DNA of 64,000 nucleotides, taken from an uncultured Alphaproteobacteria bacterium. GTDB lineage: Bacteria; Pseudomonadota; Alphaproteobacteria; Rs-D84; CACZYB01. The DNA lies in assembly GCA_934246625.1 (NCBI GenBank), contig CAKQHZ010000001.1:370964-434963 (forward strand), read 5' to 3'. Below, piece after piece: positions 59,593 to 64,000 of this stretch. Each line of letters begins with the position of its first letter. The stretch's first letter is position 1. The position numbers and the translations under genes are program-made. Below the pieces are notes generated by a model. That model was not told the DNA's origin and made no database searches. It saw only the letters and a list, made by a program, of their open reading frames with translations.

Positions 59593-59608
59593 TGTTTCAC
59601 GTGAAACA
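59593..59608. promoter_or_regulatory. parS centromere-like site
   Basis: Perfect 16-bp palindrome TGTTTCACGTGAAACA, the canonical ParB-binding consensus, 150 bp upstream of parA. Confidence 0.85.
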
Positions 59609-59757
59609 ATTTCGCCTTATTTTATGTAAAATCAATAACTTAATTTTCTAAAAATTTAATATAATTGTTAATAACTTTTAAAAAATAAAAAACAACTTGC
59701 AAAGATTTGTTAAAAATATTATATTTTTAATATAGTATTTATAAATTCGGAGGAAAA

Positions 59758-60567
59758 ATGAGTATATTTCAAAATACAAAAATCATTTCAATAACAAATC
59801 AAAAGGGTGGGGTTGGAAAAACAACAACTGCTGTGAATTTAGCAACTGCTCTTGCAAGTGTTGATAAAAAAGTTTTAGTTATAGATTTTGACCCACAAGG
59901 AAATGCAAGCACTGGTCTTGGTATAGAACAAAACGACAGGGTAAAAGATATTTATTCTTTGTTATTTGATAAAAATATTTTCAAAGAATCTATTAAACAA
60001 ACAAAAATTAAAAATTTAGATGTAGTTCCAGCTTCTATTGATTTATCTGCTGCTGAAATAGAATTATCAAATATAGAAGAAAAAACTTTAAAATTAAGAA
60101 GTTTGTTTGAAAAAAATTTATTTCTTTCAAGTTATGATTATATATTTATTGATTGTCCTCCTGCACTTGGTTATTTAACATTAAATGCCCTTGGTGCATC
60201 AGATTCTGTTATGATACCTTTGCAATGTGAATTTTTTGCATTGGAAGGTGTAAGTCATCTTATGAATACTATTCAACTTGTTCAACAAAATATAAATAAA
60301 GAACTGGAAATAGAAGGTGTTATACTTACAATGTATGATAAAAGAAATAAACTTTCCGAGCTTGTTGAAAAAGATGTTAGAAATTGTTTTGGTGAGTTTG
60401 TGTTTAATACTCTTATACCAAGAAATGTTCGTGTTTCAGAAGCTCCATCACATGGAAAACCAGTTATTTTATATGATTTAGATTGTGCTGGAAGTCAAGC
60501 ATATATAAATCTTGCTGCTGAATTTTTAACAAGAAATGAAAATAAAAATGTAAGAAAGGTTGCCTAA
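59758..60567 (+). CDS. parA: chromosome partitioning ATPase ParA
   Basis: Deviant Walker A KGGVGKTT. 269 aa. Confidence 0.92.
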   Translation: MSIFQNTKIISITNQKGGVGKTTTAVNLATALASVDKKVLVIDFDPQGNASTGLGIEQNDRVKDIYSLLFDKNIFKESIKQTKIKNLDVVPASIDLSAAEIELSNIEEKTLKLRSLFEKNLFLSSYDYIFIDCPPALGYLTLNALGASDSVMIPLQCEFFALEGVSHLMNTIQLVQQNINKELEIEGVILTMYDKRNKLSELVEKDVRNCFGEFVFNTLIPRNVRVSEAPSHGKPVILYDLDCAGSQAYINLAAEFLTRNENKNVRKVA

Positions 60568-61464
60568 ATGAAAGTTGAAAATAGATTAGGAAAGGGTTTA
60601 TCCGCTTTCTTTGAAAATAAAAATCAAAATGTTCCTGTATTTAATAATCCTCAACAAAATGAAAATAATGAACAAATTAATGAAGTAAAACAAAATTTGG
60701 AACAAAATGGTATTGTATATATTCCAGTTGGAAATGTTAAACCAAATCCAAATCAACCACGAAAAGAATTTAAAGAAGAGCAACTTCGCGAGCTTGCAAA
60801 CTCTATTGAAAAAAATGGCGTTTTACAACCTATATTGGTAAGAAAGACAAATACTCCTAATATTTTTGAAATTATCGCAGGTGAAAGAAGATGGCGTGCT
60901 GGAAATCTTGCTGGAATTTATGAAATTCCAGCTATAATAAAAGATTTTTCAGATAAAGAAACTTTTGAAATAGGCTTAATTGAAAATTTACAACGTGAAA
61001 ATCTTTCTCCTATTGAAGAAGCAAATGGTTATAAAAAACTTATGATTGATTTTGACTATACTCAAGAAGATGTTTCTAAACTTGTAAATAAAAGTCGTTC
61101 ATACGTTGCAAATATTTTAAGACTTTTGACTTTACCAAAAGACGTTCAAGAAATGATTTCTGATGGTAAATTATCTTATACTGTTGCAAGAACTTTGATT
61201 GGTTCTGATAATCCTTCTAAAAAAGCGAAAACTCTTGTTAAAAAAGATATAAATGCAAGAGAAGCAGAAAAAATGAAAGATTCTTCAGATATAGAAGTTA
61301 AAAGTGAACTTGACTCTGAGTTAATCTCTTTAAAAGAGAACTTAAGCGAACATCTTAAAGTTAACGTTGACATTAAATGTAAAAATAACAAAGGTGAGAT
61401 AGTGATAAAGTTTAAGGATTTATCTGAACTTGATACACTTATGACTAAACTAAATAATATATAA
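60568..61464 (+). CDS. parB: chromosome partitioning protein ParB
   Basis: ParB box GERRWRA, an HTH domain and a C-terminal dimerisation region. Confidence 0.92.
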   Translation: MKVENRLGKGLSAFFENKNQNVPVFNNPQQNENNEQINEVKQNLEQNGIVYIPVGNVKPNPNQPRKEFKEEQLRELANSIEKNGVLQPILVRKTNTPNIFEIIAGERRWRAGNLAGIYEIPAIIKDFSDKETFEIGLIENLQRENLSPIEEANGYKKLMIDFDYTQEDVSKLVNKSRSYVANILRLLTLPKDVQEMISDGKLSYTVARTLIGSDNPSKKAKTLVKKDINAREAEKMKDSSDIEVKSELDSELISLKENLSEHLKVNVDIKCKNNKGEIVIKFKDLSELDTLMTKLNNI

Positions 61465-61488
61465 TATAAATATTGTTATTGTTGATCC

Positions 61489-61659
61489 TGTGAAAATTGT
61501 TTATTACTTTTTGTTATACTAGTTATTCACAGAAAAAATTTTATTATATTCCTTTAGAATCCCAAAAAACTGGGATTCTTTTTTTAGTTATTCACAGATT
61601 TTAAACTTTTATTAAAGTTATTAACATGTTTATAAAAATGTTTATTGATTTGTGAAATC
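61489..61659. promoter_or_regulatory. cluster of DnaA-box-like 9-mers in an AT-rich intergenic region (candidate oriC or DnaA-regulated region)
   Basis: TTATTCACA at 61523-61531 and again at 61588-61596 (one mismatch to TTATCCACA). Reverse-orientation TGTGAAAAT at 61489-61497 and TGTGAAATC at 61651-61659. Confidence 0.35.
61557..61586 (+). terminator. rho-independent terminator after parB
   Basis: GAATCCCAAAAAACTGGGATTC followed by an 8-T run. Confidence 0.7.
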
Positions 61660-61706
61660 TTTGTTTCTATACTTTATATAAAAGTTATTAACATTTTATT
61701 AACAAT

Positions 61707-61943
61707 TTGAATTTTGTGTTAAATATGAGTATTAAAATAGGACAAATTTATAAGCATTATAAAGGATTTAGTTATCAAATCTTAAATATAGCAAAGCATA
61801 GTGAAACTTTGGAAGATATGGTTGTGTATAAGGCTTTGTATGGTGAAGGTTTGGTTTGGGTAAGGCCTTTATCTATGTTTGAAGAAGAAATTATAAAAGA
61901 TGGTAAAAAAATAAAAAGATTTGAACTTATTTCAGATAGATAA
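61707..61943 (+). CDS. DUF1653-like small protein
   Basis: IGQIYKHYKG…YQILNIAKHSETLEDMVVYKALYGEG…WVRPLSMF matches the DUF1653 pattern. Confidence 0.55.
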   Translation: MNFVLNMSIKIGQIYKHYKGFSYQILNIAKHSETLEDMVVYKALYGEGLVWVRPLSMFEEEIIKDGKKIKRFELISDR

Positions 61944-62001
61944 TTTTTTCTTATATTTTACTTGATTTTTATAAAAACAGGAGTATATTTAATTTCATTA
62001 T

Positions 62002-62076
62002 TGGGGTGTCGCCAAGTGGTAAGGCAGCGGGTTTTGGTTCCGCCATTCGTTGGTTCGAATCCAGCCACCCCAGCCA
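62002..62076 (+). tRNA. tRNA-Gln (anticodon UUG)
   Basis: TGGGGTG acceptor, Gln-type D-arm GCCAAGTGGTAAGGC, anticodon stem GCGGG/TCCGC with loop TTTTGGT, T-loop GGTTCGAATCC and a 3' CCA. Confidence 0.9.
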
Positions 62077-62085
62077 ACTTTTAAT

Positions 62086-62158
62086 CCGTCCTTTTGGGCG
62101 GTTTTTTTTATACTTTATTAAAATAAAAGTCGCTCTCGAGGTAAGGGCGACTTTTTTT
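62086..62158. terminator. two tandem hairpin terminators between tRNA-Gln (+) and hsp20 (-)
   Basis: CCGTCCTTTTGGGCGG followed by a T-run, and AGTCGCTCTCGAGGTAAGGGCGACT flanked by A-runs and T-runs. Confidence 0.6.
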
Positions 62159-62177
62159 AGGTAGAAATAATATGTTT

Positions 62178-62663
62178 TTATTCGGCTTTGATTTCTATTT
62201 TCTTTGTGTTGTCTTTTAATGCTTCTGTCTTTGGTGCAGTTATCTTTAATACACCTTTTTTGAAAGAAGCTGAGACTTTATTTGTATCAATTTCAGATGG
62301 AAGTTGTATTGTTCTTTCAACCATTCCATAACTTCTTTCTGAAAAATAATGTCCTTTTGATTTTTCTTCTTGGTTTGATTTCTTTTCACCTTTTATTGTT
62401 AAGTATCCATCTTTTGAAATTTCTACATCAATATCTTTTTCATCAATTCCAGGAAGTTCAGCAGATACCTGTATATCATTTTCATTTTCAATAACTTCGA
62501 TTTTTGGTTCTATTACCATTGGGCTTTGAACGGCTGTTGACAATGGAAAATCGAATACATCAAAGAAGTTATCAAATACTCTGTTAACTTCGTTTTGAAG
62601 CATATTATAGTTGTTATTATAATTCTTTCTTGCTAAAGATTTATTACATTTGTTGCATACCAT
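62178..62663 (-). CDS. Hsp20/alpha-crystallin family small heat-shock protein
   Basis: The alpha-crystallin domain is recognisable (…VSAELPGIDEKDIDVEI…GVLKITAPK). The true start may be the internal MLQNEV. Confidence 0.85.
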   Translation of the reverse strand: MVCNKCNKSLARKNYNNNYNMLQNEVNRVFDNFFDVFDFPLSTAVQSPMVIEPKIEVIENENDIQVSAELPGIDEKDIDVEISKDGYLTIKGEKKSNQEEKSKGHYFSERSYGMVERTIQLPSEIDTNKVSASFKKGVLKITAPKTEALKDNTKKIEIKAE

Positions 62664-62867
62664 TTTTTATCTCCTTGTGTTTAGTTCTTGCACAATAATT
62701 TATATATGTTAGAGGTGTTTTTTTATTCAAGAGGTTTTATTTTTATTCCTATAAAATTTTTGTAAAATCAACAAGATAAAATATTTTTGATAATTTTAGG
62801 AAAAAATGTTTTTAAAAATTGGTGGAGTAGGGTATAATAACAATATCTTTAATAAACGGAGGTTATT

Positions 62868-63134
62868 ATGAAGAAATTTATTATTATTTCTATGATGCTT
62901 GCTGGTTGTGCAAGTATGGAATCAAAACTTGGTTCTGAAAATGCACAAAAAACACAATGTGTTTCTGCTATGACTTTGACTATGACAGCAACTTGTTCAA
63001 GTGAAAAGGCTTGTATAAAAAAGAAATTAAAGAAGAATTATAGAGCTATTGCAAATAAGTGTAATTTACAAAGTTTGCAAGAATTAAATGCAATGTATGA
63101 CAATATACAGTTGATGAAAAGTTTAGCTGAATAA
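62868..63134 (+). CDS. hypothetical small lipoprotein
   Basis: Lipobox MMLAGC. 88 aa. Confidence 0.45.
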   Translation: MKKFIIISMMLAGCASMESKLGSENAQKTQCVSAMTLTMTATCSSEKACIKKKLKKNYRAIANKCNLQSLQELNAMYDNIQLMKSLAE

Positions 63135-63138
63135 AAAA

Positions 63139-63162
63139 AGAGGGAATTAACCCTCTTTTTTA
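63139..63162. terminator. bidirectional hairpin terminator
   Basis: AGAGGGAATTAACCCTCT flanked by an A-run and a T-run. Confidence 0.65.
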
Positions 63163-63459
63163 ATACTCATCATCGTTGTCATAATTTTGATTTGAAGATA
63201 AAGTTTCATCATTATCCATATCAAAAAACATTTCAGATTCTGATAAATCAATGTTGTTATCGTCAACATCTAAATTATCAATAATTTTGTCGTCGTCTTT
63301 GATTTTTGTTTCGGCTTTTTTCTTTTTTTTGATAAATTCTAATTCATCATCCTTTGAAAGTGCCTTTTTACATTTTGGACAATTATGAACTTCTTTATTC
63401 ATATCGTAAAACATTGCATTGCAGAAAGGACATATATGTTTTTTACCTCTAATATCCAT
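63160..63459 (-). CDS. zinc-ribbon protein with an acidic C-terminal tail (TIGR02300-like)
   Basis: CPFCNAMFYDMNK…CPKC, then a D/E/N-rich tail. Confidence 0.55.
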   Translation of the reverse strand: MDIRGKKHICPFCNAMFYDMNKEVHNCPKCKKALSKDDELEFIKKKKKAETKIKDDDKIIDNLDVDDNNIDLSESEMFFDMDNDETLSSNQNYDNDDEY

Positions 63460-63536
63460 TTGGCTTACCTCATGTTTTAATGTATTAAAGTTGTGTTAAA
63501 AATACATATATATCTATACAAATGTCAAGAAGAAAA

Positions 63537-64000
63537 TTACCAGTCAGAGCAAGAATTTTTTACACGAAGATATTCTTCCTCGGAATCGTGAGCGGAATTT
63601 TTGGTTGTGATTGCTTGTTCCAAGCGTGATTTTAGAATATTTAATTTATCATCACCCTTTAAAATCTTATCTATTTTTTTTGTAATTTGAAGTTCTGTTG
63701 TGTTTGCTGGCATTAAAAATGATGGTGTGTTTTCAAGAAGAATTTTTATTTCCTCCACTATTAACTTTCCATAATATTTTAATTCATTTTGATAAATTTT
63801 TACGTGTTCTTGTTCGTGCTTTTTTATTTCTTCGTATTGGCAAGAAAGAGGTTTGTATTTATCATCAATTAAAACATTTATAGAATTATAGCCTATATCA
63901 AAATCAATACTGTTTATATTTACACAAATTCCATTTGGTGATGGGTTTTTATCTACAAGTAAGGAAAATTGTATTTGAAAGTCAGCAATGGTAAGTCCCA
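63537..64000 (-). CDS. putative HExxH metallopeptidase-like protein (DUF922-like), N-terminus beyond the window
   Basis: The frame is open from the window end down to the stop at 63537. It contains HEQEH. The ORF-track M at 63758 is an internal GTG within this longer frame. Confidence 0.45.
   Translation of the reverse strand, partial: GLTIADFQIQFSLLVDKNPSPNGICVNINSIDFDIGYNSINVLIDDKYKPLSCQYEEIKKHEQEHVKIYQNELKYYGKLIVEEIKILLENTPSFLMPANTTELQITKKIDKILKGDDKLNILKSRLEQAITTKNSAHDSEEEYLRVKNSCSDW

Overview
This window is a very AT-rich chromosomal segment with about 65 protein-coding genes, 5 tRNA genes and many hairpin-plus-T-run terminators. GC content is visibly far below 50%; I did not compute a figure. 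The gene content points to an alphaproteobacterium, probably an obligate intracellular or endosymbiotic lineage (Rickettsiales/Holosporales-like), but this cannot be proven from sequence alone. The supporting markers are sigma-32 RpoH, an AddB-type nuclease, a Tim44-like protein next to SecB, a short ProRS without an editing domain, GatC, and rsmG-parA-parB with a canonical parS.

Most of the window is core housekeeping. tRNAs: fMet, Glu(CUC), Gln(CUG), Gln(UUG). Named CDS: rsmI (3' end), smpB, lpxB, surA-like, lptD, lptF/G, metG, hemW, rdgB, dnaB, der, lspA, rlpA, uppP, carD, fpr, greA, rpoH, xerD, gyrB, nth, dnaG, thrS, pal, frr, uppS, cdsA, addB, secB, plsC-like, proS, infA, secF, gatC, uvrD-family, rsmG, parA, parB, hsp20. 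I found no rRNA, CRISPR array, IS element or prophage.

Observations worth a second look:
- 27.8-29.3 kb: a GC-shifted pair of secreted cysteine-rich proteins with CPxGxY repeats of eukaryotic ephrin-receptor/TNFR type, preceded by two structured GC-rich leader elements. This is the strongest candidate for something undescribed.
- 47.3-49.9 kb: an ExeA-like ATPase converging on an S41 peptidase homologue that has lost its catalytic Ser/Lys dyad.
- 54.6-54.8 kb: duplicated and inverted tRNA-Gln fragments next to an ArnT-like/GtrA glycan-modification module.
- 61.5-61.7 kb: a DnaA-box cluster downstream of parB, a candidate oriC.
- Two or three small genes missed by the 60-aa ORF cutoff: an LptM-like 38-aa lipoprotein, a 48-aa secreted peptide, and a 61-aa membrane protein.
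- Two separate small MazG-like genes.
- A multi-hairpin candidate ncRNA downstream of tRNA-fMet.
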